In this document: positions 33,715 to 45,389 of the stretch, piece by piece
How the letters are laid out: every line of letters begins with the position of its first letter
Position numbering within the stretch: position 1 is the stretch's first letter
Assembly (NCBI RefSeq): GCF_902713615.1
Contig: NW_024055461.1
Span: 1 to 64,000, forward strand
Length of the DNA: 64,000 nt
Direction of reading: 5' to 3'
Source of the DNA: Scyliorhinus canicula
Taxonomy: Eukaryota
Program-made: the position numbers and the translations under genes
The notes under the pieces: model-generated
What the model was told of the DNA's origin: nothing
What the model saw: only the letters and a program-made list of their open reading frames with translations
Databases searched by the model: none

Positions 33715-35651
33715 CCTCGAAAGTAAACGCAGCATACTGTCATTGCCATCGAAAGTCGATCTAACATCTGAGGAGAAAGCGGAAAATACTGGAACAACTC
33801 AGGGAGTCAGGCGGCATTTCTCGACAGGACAACAAAGTTCGTCTTTCACCATCACCTTTCATTAAAACCGGGACAGGTTAGAAATGTAGTACGTCTTAAC
33901 CAAGTGAACTCCCGGAGGGAGGAAACAGAACAACAGGAAAGGGCTCTAACAGGGGGCAAGTCAGGAGAGATTAAATGGGAAAAGGCCTTGGCTTCCCTGG
34001 CCACAGAGTGAGGTTAGCATCGAATCAGAGAATGATTAGAAGGGACACTCAATTGATGTGCTAAAAAATATTGATTTTGGTGGTATATATCACTAGTAAT
34101 TGTTTCTAAAAGCAGCAAACAAAATCTTCCCGATTACATGAAAAATTAGACAGTGAGAGATGAATTTTATTTATTATGATGAATTTTATTTACTGTGTTG
34201 CGATATGTTTACATCCGTACTTCCACCAAGATTCAACGGAACCTTTCAAAGGAGAATTGTGAAGGGAAGCATCATGGCTAATGTGAGGTATGAAAGGCGA
34301 TTGGGACAGCGTTTTCAAATAGACACAGGAAAATTGAATCCTCATTCCGTTCCCTAAATCTCTATGATTCATGAGCGTTCATGTCACTCCCTCACTGTTT
34401 GTTCTCAGTCACTTGAGCAGTGAGCAGGTGCAGGGTGGTCACAGGCCTCTGGAGATTGAACCGTCGCTATTTCCGCTCCAGCAGTTGATCCGCCGCACAG
34501 TTTGATCAGTTTAGAGTCTGCGGTGTCCACGACCACAGCTTCCGTTTGCTGCTCTCGATATGAACCGATTGTGCTGGTGGATATATCGCTGCCTCTGGCC
34601 CCTTCCTATCACTACTTCTGTAAACAATGCAGTGGTGCAGGAATCTGTATGGCTGCGTCAGCAGATCATTTCCTGCATTGAATAAACACGGAAGAACATT
34701 AGTTGTTGATCTAAAGTGCAACCACAAATGCTGTGTCTGATTCTATCATATAAACATATAAAGTAGATGGAATGAGGCAGGAACTCAGAAGTAAATATAA
34801 TTTACATGAGTCAAAGAGGACAAAGATCTCAGGGATCGAATGCGAAAATTTGGGAACACGATGCCGATGATGTTACAGAGTTAAAGGATCCAGGATTTAT
34901 CAACAACGACGCAGGCATTATAAAAGATACAGCAAGTGTAAATATGTACATATCGCTGTTGGGAATGCTGTTCAAACACATGGATGGTTCCGTTACTCTT
35001 CTTTCATTTGGTATTAACCTCACAGACAGAGTGTGGGAGGGATTGGGAAAGATGAAGCAGGGATGAAATACAATAATCCTGAGCAGAGACTTTAGCAACT
35101 GGAGCAAGTGCACGAGAAACGTTGCCGGGAACAGAATCCATCAATCAGTTTAAGGAAGAAGTGGATAAATATCGGACTAGTAACTAGAAATTTAAAAATG
35201 ATGAAATCTATGGAACAAGCAGATAATTAATCAGTGGATAACTCCTTAAGCGAGACAATACAAAATAATGGACCGAATTTCCTCTCTTTGGGCTGTAAAC
35301 CACTATGATTGTAAGATAATCAATGGCTCTGCTCAGTCAGGCAGGAAACAGAGCACTGACTATCTGAATAATTGTAACCTGGTGTTACACACAGGAAGTA
35401 GAGAGGTTTGGAATCAGTGACGGTTCAAGTGGTCTATGGATTGAGAAACAGCCAATCGCTCAGTGGCACCGTGAGTAACGCCAGGTAACGACATTCCATA
35501 ATAGTCCAATCGGTGACAATGTGGCCCCTCAGTCTCACATTGAGGGGGAGCAAGTCCCAGTCTGGAAATCAGAACCGGATTGATCCGCCTTTTGTCCACT
35601 TTCATCATCGTGCCCAGGAATCCCAGGAAAGAGCTGTTTCCAGCTGGAACT

Positions 35652-36032
35652 ATGAAGCTGCTGATATTGGGTGAGTTTATTTTCTTATCTGATGCATTGT
35701 TTTAACAATCACATAACACCGTGTGGTTATGTGGATTTTATTTTGTTCCCAGCTGTTCAGTGTGAGGATCAGAGCTCCCACCCTGAACAGGCGGTGTCTC
35801 GGGAAGGGGATCGGGCTGAACTGAACTGCTGGCTCTCCATTGGTTCTGGCTATTTCGTAGCCTGGTAGACAGACACTGACAGAGGCTCCCACATTTATCG
35901 CCTCCATTTGCCGGGGGACTGAGACCAAAGGACGCTCCACCCTGTCCTTGGAGAGAACAAAGAAGTCCATTTCCATCTGTATAGATGAGAGCACGGTCCA
36001 GGACTCCGGAATGTATCTCTGTGCGAAGCAGC
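35652..36032 (+). pseudogene. TCR V pseudogene (2-nt deletion at WYRQ)
   Basis: Short leader MKLLIL|GTGAGT; exon from 35753 AVQCEDQ...LNCW...VAW then stop; shifted frame resumes RQTLTEAP...DSGMYLCAKQ; RSS CACAGTG (36033)-23-ACAATATCT (36063). Confidence 0.85.
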
Positions 36033-36199
36033 CACAGTGACACACAGAGCGGATCCGGCTGTACAATATCTTGTTCTCTGTCGGGTCTCCGCTGCCCCGT
36101 TAACCTTTCCCCAAACCAGAACCTTTAGAGATGCCGGTGATGGTCATAAATGTTACTTTCCCATGTTCAAACTTCTATCTGGACAATCTTCCAACACAA

Positions 36200-36487
36200 G
36201 GGCAGCACGGTAGGATTGTGGATAGCACAATGGCTTCACAGCTTCAGGGTCCCAGGTTTGATTCCGGCTTGGGTCACTGTCTGTACGGAGTCTGCACATC
36301 CTCCCCGTGTGTGCAGGTCAGGTGGATTGGCCATGATAAATTGCCCTTAGTGTCCAAAATTGCACTTAGTGTTGGGTGGGGTTACTGGGTTATTGGGAGG
36401 TGTTGACCTTGGGTAGTGTGCTCTTTCCAAGAGCCGGTGCAGACTCGATGGGCCGAATGGCCTCCTTCTGCACTGTAAATTCTATGA
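36200..36487 (+). mobile_element. HE1/V-SINE-like element
   Basis: GGGCAGCACGGTAG...GGTTTGATTCC...GGGCCGAATGGCCTCCTTCTGCACTGTAAATTCTATG; related copies at 38130-38330, 39137-39488(-), 41760-41900, 42925-43230, 58790-59300. Confidence 0.8.
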
Positions 36488-37253
36488 TAAAACATTATAG
36501 CTGTTACTAGTAAAGTAAAGCCGCCATAGACCCAAATCAGCACTTTGAGTGGAATGCTGACTGGTGGTGATTTAACCGGATGATCACCACATCGTCTGTC
36601 GAGGGACAAGGTTGGGAACTCGGGGCTTAGGAATAACGTCTGTTATAGCTGTTATAGGAGATATAGAGGAACAGGGCAGGTTAAGTAAAGTTCTCTATTT
36701 AATTGTCCCAAACTAAAAAGTTAAGACACAGGCAGAAAATCTGACTCTTCTTTCTCTTTCAAATACTTAGCTTGACGTGCAAGAGAAAGATAGATAATGA
36801 ATTATGCAGATAGATAGAAAAATTGATAGTCGGTATATAGATGGTTAGATAGTCATGGGAACGCAGACAGACAAATAGAATGGTAGATAAATTCAGTAAG
36901 AAGTTCCGAAACAAAGCTGTTGGACTTCAACCTCCTGTGGTAAAACTTCTTACTCTCCCATCCCAGTCCGGCATCTTCACATCATGATAGATAGACTGTT
37001 AGATTAGCTTATTCAGCCTATATACTCAAGCACTTTATCTATTTCTCCTTGGACATATCGTGATGTTAATTTTATTTCTGTTTTAACAGCTGTTAATTGT
37101 CATTCAGGGACATTTCAGATATCGATATCTCGGGTAACACAATGTCAGACTATCTCGCTTCATCACAACGCTACTTTCACTACAAATGACTGGTGCCAGC
37201 AGTTCTCCAATCAAGCTCCCGAGTATCTGGTCTCCACACTCGGAGGTTAAAGA

Positions 37254-37467
37254 CAGTAAGAAGTCTTACAACACCAGGTTAAAGTCCAACAGGTTTGTTT
37301 CAAACACGAGCTTTCGGAGCACGGCTCCTTCTTCAGGTGAATGGATTCACCTGAAGAAGGAGCCGTGCTCCGAAAGCTCGTGTTTGAAACAAACCTGTTG
37401 GACTTTAACCTGTTGTTGTAAGACTTCTTACTGTGCTCACCCCAGTCCAACGCCGGCATCTCCACAT
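37254..37467. mobile_element. Penelope-derived palindromic element with hammerhead-like motifs, 12-bp TSD
   Basis: 88-bp arms 37254-37341 and 37346-37433, loop TGGA; TSD GGAGGTTAAAGA at 37242-37253 and 37468-37479. Confidence 0.85.
37348..37382 (+). ncRNA. minimal type-I hammerhead ribozyme-like motif
   Basis: CAC-CTGAAGA-A-GGAGC cgt GCTCC-GAAA-GC-TC-GTG: CUGANGA and GAAA cores, 5-bp stem II, palindromic AGCT in place of stem III. Confidence 0.55.
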
Positions 37468-38358
37468 GGAGGTTAAAGAGTTCAGGGAAGTTTTAAAGTA
37501 TCCCTGGACCTTGAGAAAGGCTCCACCACTCTCAGTGTTAACACGGTTGAGCTGACAGACTGTGCGGTGTATTACAATGCAGTGAGACACTGTGAAACAA
37601 AGAGATGAGAACCCTGTACCCTGCTCACTCGATATGGGGACTGCAGAGACATGTAGCGAATGGGCTTTAGAAGGGAGTGTGATACAAGCAAAATCAATTA
37701 AAAGGTTCTTGCTTATGGATTTAAAACATATACTTTATTCATTCTAATAATCTAATTTGCAGATAATCCGTAGTAGAAACACGTAAATCATTGGATGATA
37801 CATTGGCTTACTGCAATTTGGTTCCCGTCATTGTTTGATGTTTAGGGAACCTTCAAGCCTTCCATTCTACCGAAATTAACATTCCAAATGTATCAGTTGT
37901 GGTAATATCAGTTTATTTCGTTAAGCTATTTATGCAAATAACAAGTACTTTACAAATGGCGTAGGCACGTCCGAAGATTGAGGCAAAGGAACTGGCATCA
38001 ATCCGAAATGGCAAGTGTAGCAAAAGCAATGTAATGGAAAATGCCTCAGATGCGGTAATAAAAACATCAAAGTAATAAACCCCGTAATAAGTTGCCACAA
38101 TAAAATCTCCTCAATATTCAAGGATAAATATGTGCAGGTTAGGTGGATTGGCCTTGATAAATTGCCCTTAGTGTCCAAAATTGCCCTTAGTGTTGGGTGG
38201 GGTTATAGGGTTATGGGGATAGGGTGGGGGTGTTGATCTTGGGTAGGGTGATCTTTCCAAGAGCCGGTGCAGACTCGATGGGCCGAATGGCCTCTTTCTG
38301 CACTGTAAATTTTATAAAATTCTATGAAATTGAGAATCGCTATTTCACAGAGAATATT

Positions 38359-38372
38359 CCACTAGATGGCGC
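38359..38372 (+). promoter_or_regulatory. CTCF-like motif
   Basis: CCACTAGATGGCGC, consensus-grade core. Confidence 0.65.
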
Positions 38373-40386
38373 GCTAGGACATTATCTGTGTCCAAAATTT
38401 ACAGAGGCGTCAGTTCACCGCCGTAACAGCTGACAGCTGAGGAATACAGGAAATGTGTATGTTTCGTGTCATTTCCAGGTAAACGATATGTATTTAGGGC
38501 AAGAGCCTATGTATGAATTACAGAAGCTCTGGCACAGAGCACGTTTCTGGGCATGAGGCTCTGGAATCCAGCCCCACTTCAGGACTTTCTGGTTCGCAGT
38601 CTGTTTAAACCGATTGATGATCAGCTTGTAAATTCTTCCAAGATGCGCATTGACAGTTCGTAAGAGCTGGAGAGTTTTCTGGTCAACCAAACTGCAGGAG
38701 ACAATTGAAAGCACTGCAGTCAAACATAATCATGGGCCAATGTAATGGAAGCCAATGGCCAACCAGCGCCACCTGAGGTGATGGTACCTGGAGGATGAGG
38801 AGGATGACGGTGGTGACTTAGACAGTGAACAGAATAAATTGTTTTATTCCAATATCACTGGGTGGTCTGACTAAGAGATTTAACAGGTTTCAAATCAATG
38901 TGGTTCCTCAATATATCATAGAGAAAGAGAGAGAGAAAGGGATGTGCACCAATTCGTTGCAGAATGTTCTGGTTACTATTTGCAACAAGGTCAAAGTACC
39001 AGGAAAATACCTAGGCTCTCAAATCCCTTTGCTCAAGCACTAGGATGACAACACTTTCTGTCGGAGAATTAAACATTCCCAATGACGTCTGTGTTAATAA
39101 TATCTCCGACATCACAACACCGACTGTAGTGGAAATCATAGATCATAGAGTTTACAGTGCAGAAGGAGGCCATTCGGGCTATCGAGTCTGCACCGGCTCT
39201 TGGAAAGAGCACTCTAACCAAGCCCACACCACCCTATCCCCATAACCCAGTAACCCCACTCAACCAACACTAAGGGCAATTTTGGACATTAAGGGCAATT
39301 TAGCATGGCCAATCCACCTAACCTGCACGCCTTTAGACTGTGGGAGGAAACCAGAGCACCCGGAGTAAACCACGCACACACGGGGAGGATGTGCAGACTC
39401 CACACAGACAGTGACCCAGCCGGGAATCGAACCTGGGACCCTAGAGCTGTGAAGCATTTGTGCTAATCACTGTGCTACCGTGCTGCCCTACCTGGAATGA
39501 AATGAACGTCCTGAGGTTGAAAAGTGCTTTGGGGCATCCGGAGTCGGTAAAAGGCGCGACATCAGTAAAAATATTTCGCTTACCGAGGAATAATTTACTC
39601 CAGGGTTAAATTAATTGTCCTCCTTTTTCCATGGAGATCATTAATTTGTTATTAATTCCCTTTTCTTTATTCCAGTCTCCTTTTCCCGGATTGGATTAAT
39701 GAGTGGTCACCACCTCCTGGGATTTTCCAGGATTCTGTCTCCAGTCTGTTGAGAGGTTCTTTCCTCTCAACAGGACACCGGGAGCCCGTCAGAAACAACA
39801 ACCGGGAATTTACCGAGGAGACGGTGCATCCCTCAGGGAATGCTGCACTGTCAGTTCCTGGCCTCTGAATAATATGTTAAATTGTGGACACTGCCTTCCT
39901 CCGGAATGTATCTCTGTGCGAAGCAGACACAGTGAGACATATAACAATGGAGGGATTAAGATCGCATGGCCACCATTTCCAAAAAAAGAACAGGAGAAAT
40001 GCCCTGTCCAATATCCATCCACCAATCACAATTACTGTAACAGCGAGGCTATTAAACATTACTGTATGGAATGATATGCTGGGTCCAATTGGCTGCAAGG
40101 TTTTCCACATTTTATTATAACAGTGACGGTGAAACACTTTGGAACCTGAAGCTCGATGAATATTCTAATTTTCATTCTCGAAACTGCCCTCTTCCATTGC
40201 TTTATTTTGGCAATAAATTTATTCGTGTTAAAAATGTATGTTAGAATTGAAAAGTTGAGATATCACCTCGATTTCAGGCGCCATTTCAGACTCGCCGCTG
40301 ATCACAGTGTTTGCCTAACGCTCTGTTATGCTGAATGGCACTTTGACAGTTTTTGTACAGGTTCAGCCCAGCTCTGTGTCTCTGTG

Positions 40387-40693
40387 GGTCTCAGTGCGCA
40401 GTAATACACCGCGGAGTCTGTCAGCTCTGCTTTAGACACATTCAGCAGGACGGTGCGGATTGTATCATTGAGCTCCGCGGAAAAACGGTCCCCTGGGGAT
40501 CTCTCTGTGTTCCCGATGTATTTACTAATCTGGAGCAGGTACTCCATGGATCCGCTGGGATACTGACGGTACCAAAATAGGTAATAATTGTTCGTGCTTG
40601 TAGCTGTATAATTGCAGAATAACTTAACATCTTCTCCTTCACTCACTGTGACAGCAGCCGGTGTCTGAGAAACGGAATCTCCTCGACAATGTC
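40387..40693 (-). CDS. TRAV: TCR alpha V exon, intact; its own leader appears decayed
   Basis: GHCRGDSVSQTP...KLFCNY...LFWYRQYP...RFSAEL...TDSAVYYCALR; RSS CACAGAG (40380-40386)-23-ACAAAAACT (40348-40356); nearest leader relic has GTG start and in-frame TGA. Confidence 0.75.
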
Positions 40694-41232
40694 CTGTAAG
40701 AACCCAAAGTGATTTTCAATTAAACAGTGCGAATTCACTGAGTCTATACCGCAGAATCGTCCCGTCATCCTGAACAATAGCCTCAGAGAGTGATCAGCCA
40801 AGACAATAGAAATATATTTTCCACAGCTTAGTGGTTGCAACGGGAAAGTGTTTGGACGGATTAAATAAATCTTCTATCATAAAGATTCCGGTCTTTCTAA
40901 CGATGTCCGGTCCTCAGCTTCAGTCACTGTAACTGGAAGCGGAAAGTACTAATGGTCTGTGAGTTTGACAGTCCGCTGTTTGTCAAGGTCATTCACTAGC
41001 AGCAGAGAAGCTTCAATCTCAGCCCAACTCTCCCGCTCTCATTCCCTCGGGAAATGTGCCGACTTCCAGCAAACAGTGTTTCCTGTTTAGACCAGCAAGA
41101 TCCGGATTACCTTTTCAAGTTGGGACAGTCTGTACCTCCGACCACCCACACCCTTGTATTCAGCGACCTGCCTGACAGAATGTCATGTTGGAAAATCTGT
41201 GACATAAAGAGTTGAGCAACTTGTGAACTTAC

Positions 41233-41284
41233 CGGTTAAAAGAGCGGCCGCTGTGAGGAATAAATACACAGTAACAGGCGACAT
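41233..41284 (-). other. orphan V leader exon
   Basis: ATG...MSPVTVYLFLTAAALLT G|GTAAGT, paralog of the 8332-8383 leader, with homologous upstream TGAGTCA/CTGATTGGT promoter; no clear V exon directly behind it. Confidence 0.8.
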
Positions 41285-41944
41285 GTTTGCAGAGAGATCG
41301 TGGCAGCTTTGAACAGAAATGGTTGAGGCTGAAATTGTTTTCATCAAGAGTTGAGAAGAGGATGAGTCATAATCATGAGCCTGCTGATTGGTACATTGCT
41401 CACAACGTCATCGGGTCACATCCAATTGCCTGTAAGTTCCTTTTCTCTTCAATTCAATCAATGTTCTCACAGCTCATTGGATCTCCAATTCATCCTGTTG
41501 GCGCAGATCGAAAGCAACGAAGTGAATTTGTACATCTCCATGCTGATCCTTAAATAGGTTGACAAAGAATAGGGTTATTGATAATGTGAGATGAGCAGTT
41601 GTTTCGCCCAGAACTAGAACAAATGAAATGCGAATGAATTTGGTGGCCATTGTTGTAAACAATGGGCGTTTGGATGAGAATTCTGTATTTTGCATGAACA
41701 TTAGGCCTTGCGAATATCATGCTATACTAAGCCGTCAGCAGCATTAATGTGCAGGATAAGGGGATTAGCCACGCGAAAATTGTCCCTCAGTGTCCAAAGA
41801 TGTGCAGGTTAAGTGGGGTTGCCGGGTTAGTGCTGGGGAGTGGCCGAGGTAGGGTGCTCTTTCAGAGGTCGGTGCAGACTGGATGGGCAAAATGCCTGAA
41901 GCCGCCACTACTGTCAGCCTGACCCCCCCCCCCCCCACCTCATG

Positions 41945-42064
41945 TCCAGCCTGACCCTCCCATTCCAGTCCAGCCCGACCCTCCCATTCCAGTCCAGCCC
42001 GAGCCTCCCATTCCAGTCCAGCCCGACCCTCCCATTCCAGGCCAACCCGACCCTCCCATTCCAG
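41945..42064. repeat. 24-bp minisatellite x5
   Basis: TCCAGCCCGACCCTCCCATTCCAG units. Confidence 0.9.
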
Positions 42065-42723
42065 GCCAGCCAGATACCCCACTCAGTCCAACCCCACCTT
42101 ACTAACTATGGTGCGTTCTGTACCCCTCCAGTCCAGCCTATCTCTCCGAATCCGGTCCAGCCTGACCCCCCCCCCCCCACACACTACAGTCCAGCCTGAC
42201 CGTTCTCCCTCCGATCCCACTCGACTCCTGCAGCTCCCATTCGAACCCGCATTCCCTGTTCCAGAAGAGGCCCTATAGTGTGAAGCGACCCCACCTTGTG
42301 ACCCGATACTCCTCCGGTCTGAGCAGACCCCCTCCCTTGCTGTTCAATCACCGCGCCCCCCCCCCATCCCCAGTGTGCCCCCCCCGTACATCCGATACCC
42401 CACCTTGTCTGTCCCACTTACCTTTTTAATTGTCCCTTTAAACACTCCCCTTCCGGCAGCTCGTGCCGCAAAAATGAGGGCTTCTTACCTCACTGAGCCT
42501 CAGCTGCCCCACGCTGGACAAAGATAAATATCTTCTTGATTAATAAGGGGATCAGGGTTATGACGAATGCAGGGAAATGGGGATGAGAAGCACATCCGCC
42601 GTGATTGACCGGCGGAGCAATCGTGATGGGCCAAATGGCCCCATTCTGCTCCTATGTCTTATGGGCTTATGTTCCATAAATTGGACAGGTATTTATAAGC
42701 GCACATTGCAGTGATTGTCGCTG

Positions 42724-42737
42724 CCGCCAGAGGGCAG
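42724..42737 (+). promoter_or_regulatory. CTCF-like motif
   Basis: CCGCCAGAGGGCAG. Confidence 0.6.
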
Positions 42738-43459
42738 TGATATTTAGTGAAGACAATGTTATGGAGGGAGCCAATGTGGAAACAGAAACATTATTTTAAC
42801 GCTCATATGTAAATTGAATTTTAAAAAAAGTTATTTATTATCATGTGTTTTCACTGCTGTTACTGTTGGAATGTTACAAATGTCCGATAGATAGACGAGT
42901 TCGCATTTGACGGGATCACGCGGGGCAGCAGGGGAGCATGGTGGTTTGCATAAATGCGTCACAGCTCCAGGGTCCCAGGTTCGATTCCCGGCTTGAATCA
43001 CTGTCTGTGCGGAGTCTGCACGCTCTCTCCGGGTGCTCTGGTTTCCTCCCACAGTCCAAAGATGTGCGGGTTAGGTGGATTAGCCATGCTAAATTGCCCG
43101 TAGTGTCTTAAAAAGTAAGGTTAAGGGGGAGTTGTTGGGTTACGGGTATAGGGTGGATACGTGGGTTTGAGTAGGGCGATCATTGCTCGGCACAACGTCG
43201 AGGGCCGAAGGGCCTGTACGGTTCTATGTTCTAAAATGATATAAGGATATTTTTCTTGACAAACGGACTTGCAGGAAGAGTGAGTGAGCAAAAGGCACCG
43301 CAATCGTTGGACAGCAGACAGGAAAGTGAGATTTAGTCTCTCCCTCAGTAAAATAGCTATAACAGGAAGGAGGGAACCTGTTCTCATTCGTGACTATATC
43401 GTGAACTGCAACTTGTTGGCAGTTCGTGAATAATTGCACCATGCACTTACCAGTTCACA

Positions 43460-43473
43460 CCGCCAGAGGGCAG
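43460..43473 (+). promoter_or_regulatory. CTCF-like motif ~230 bp upstream of intronless V
   Basis: CCGCCAGAGGGCAG. Confidence 0.6.
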
Positions 43474-43706
43474 TGTGATGTATGAAAAGTATTTAAGGTG
43501 ATGGTCAGGTGTGTGCTCTCAGTGCGAGCTGGTGTCAATGTGAAAGGTGGTTAAACCTTAAGGAGTACTCAGCTTACTTAGTTAGATCAACAGCAACACG
43601 TGACTAGGTGAACCCGAAGTTAGTGTTTGGTTCCCGGTTAATTTTTCAGAATATAGTTTTCATCTCCCGGTTCTGAGCCGAGCTCGGTATTCCGTGTGAA
43701 CTGATA

Positions 43707-44039
43707 ATGCTTCGGGTTCACACATTCATTTTGCTGTGTTTCACTCTGATCTGCACGGAGGTGACCGGAGAAGATGCGGTGCAGCAGCTCCCTGGGTGGA
43801 TGGTTGTTAGTGAAGCGGGTAATGTGTCCATGAATTGCTCCATCAGCATTGCATTTAACATCGTATTCTGGTACAAACAGTACCCGAACCAGGCACCCCA
43901 GCATCTGGTGATGGCCACAAGAGGAACCGATCAACACGGGAGGATTACAGCTTCAATCGGTGGAGACAACAAGCTCAGTATCCTGACTGTGAGAGAGGCG
44001 CATGTTACAGACGCTGCCACCTATCTCTGCGCCGTGAGG
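43707..44039 (+). CDS. TRAV: TCR alpha-like V gene, leader and V fused with no intron
   Basis: Single 111-codon frame MLRVHTFILLCFTLICTEVTGEDAVQQ...MNCS...FWYKQYPNQAP...DAATYLCAVR; consensus RSS CACAGTG (44040)-23-ACAAAAACC (44070). Confidence 0.92.
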
Positions 44040-45389
44040 CACAGTGTAACTAACAGAGGGAGACCCCATACAAAAACCTGCACCGCCTTACAAAGCCGCT
44101 TCACTGTGGCTGCAATATCGGCGTTTCATGAAGCGGGGTGTTGTATTCCATGGGAAGGGGGAATGAGAACAACACGTATATAGAAGCAGAAGAGTGAAAG
44201 AGGGAGAAATATGAAGAGAGTTGGAAATATATTCGAAGAAAGAGAAAGTGTTAACATATTACCGGAATGAGTGAAAGAACAGCACAGAACATTCTGTAAC
44301 AATGAAAAGAGAAGTGGAAAAAAGTGAAAAATAACGAGTGTGATGCAGAGTTAACGATCAGTTAAAAGCATAAATGAAGTGACTCAGAAATAATGTAAAA
44401 CGGCCTTAACAGCATTCAATCTTCCTTGATATTTCGACATTTTATGGTTTGAAAAGCGGCTTCTGACCAAGTGCCATTGGATATTGCTCTATAAGTTAAT
44501 TTACACCCTTTCCACCGTTCTGCCCATGTAAATCCCTTCCACTGGGAACCCGGCCAGAGGGCGAGGTGGTCCCAAAGTATTTCCTGTTATCAACCTCAAA
44601 CTATCGACAAAGGACTCGCGGTAACACTGCGAGCTGCCGTCCTGACAACAGCTTGTTCAAACTCTGATACACATTTTCTGCCCTGTGATAGTGGAGATCT
44701 TTCCCAGTTTGTTTTTGCTGCCTCAGCTGGGGTCCCGGGATCTGTATTTCTGTAACCTTTTCCTGAAATCCAGTACGAACATCAAACTGGATTTTTTTTC
44801 TGTTTGTCAGGATGTGGTTAGTGCTGGGCCTTCGAACGGTTACAATTTAGATAAGTGATTTGGACGGTATATTTGCTCAATCTGCTGACCACAGAGAGAG
44901 ATGTAGGAAAGTAAATGTTGAAGAGGACCTTAGGGGCCTATAAAAAGGCATGGATACGGTAAGTGAATGGACAAAGATCTGGCAAACAGAATATAATGTG
45001 GAAAATATGAAATTATTAATTTTGGGAGGTAGACACACAGAGAAGCTGATTATCTGAGGAATTGCAGTGGACTGAGATTCAGAAGGATCTCGGTTTCCGA
45101 GTGCGTGAATCACAAACGCCAGTTTACAGGTGGAGCAAATAATGCGAATATTGTTGCTCATTGTGAGGTGAATTCATCACAAAAACATGGAGGTTATGCT
45201 TCAGTTATAGACGGTGTGAGTGGGATCACATCTGGGATACTGTGCAGTAGGGCGCGATTTGTTGCAATTTTCTAATGGTCTCCTATGACTGTCACTATGG
45301 AGGCTGGATTGCTGTTTCTTTGCTGAGCACTAACTGGAACCCTGACTGTTGGGTTTTTGTACGGGACCCGCTATATCTGTAGCAGTGTG

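Larger units (their letters stand above)
12900..33720. repeat. tRNA-Val/Arg/Val plus Penelope-fragment array, ~2.28-kb unit, tandem and inverted copies
   Basis: Homologous Val copies at 27682 and 29963 are 2281 bp apart; the same spacers and Penelope piece recur around 14.4k, 17.7k, 21.7k, 23.0k, 27.7k, 30.0k, 31.7k. Confidence 0.92.
37090..37587 (+). pseudogene. TCR V pseudogene interrupted by hairpin element
   Basis: WCQQFSNQAPEYLV...SLDLEKGSTTLSVNTVELTDCAVYYNAVR (second Cys lost); heptamer CACTGTG (37588)-23-degenerate nonamer. Confidence 0.75.

Noticed and set aside
38469-38723. possible V relic (RIYKLIINR, LCAR in another frame)
   Set aside because: No Cys/Trp framework and no credible heptamer
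40900-41170. V exon belonging to the orphan leader
   Set aside because: Only a TACAGTG and vague similarity; no frame gives V motifs
41765-42199. repeat proteins LEWEGRAG / SSPTLPFQ
   Set aside because: Translation of a 24-bp minisatellite next to a SINE; no splice or promoter support
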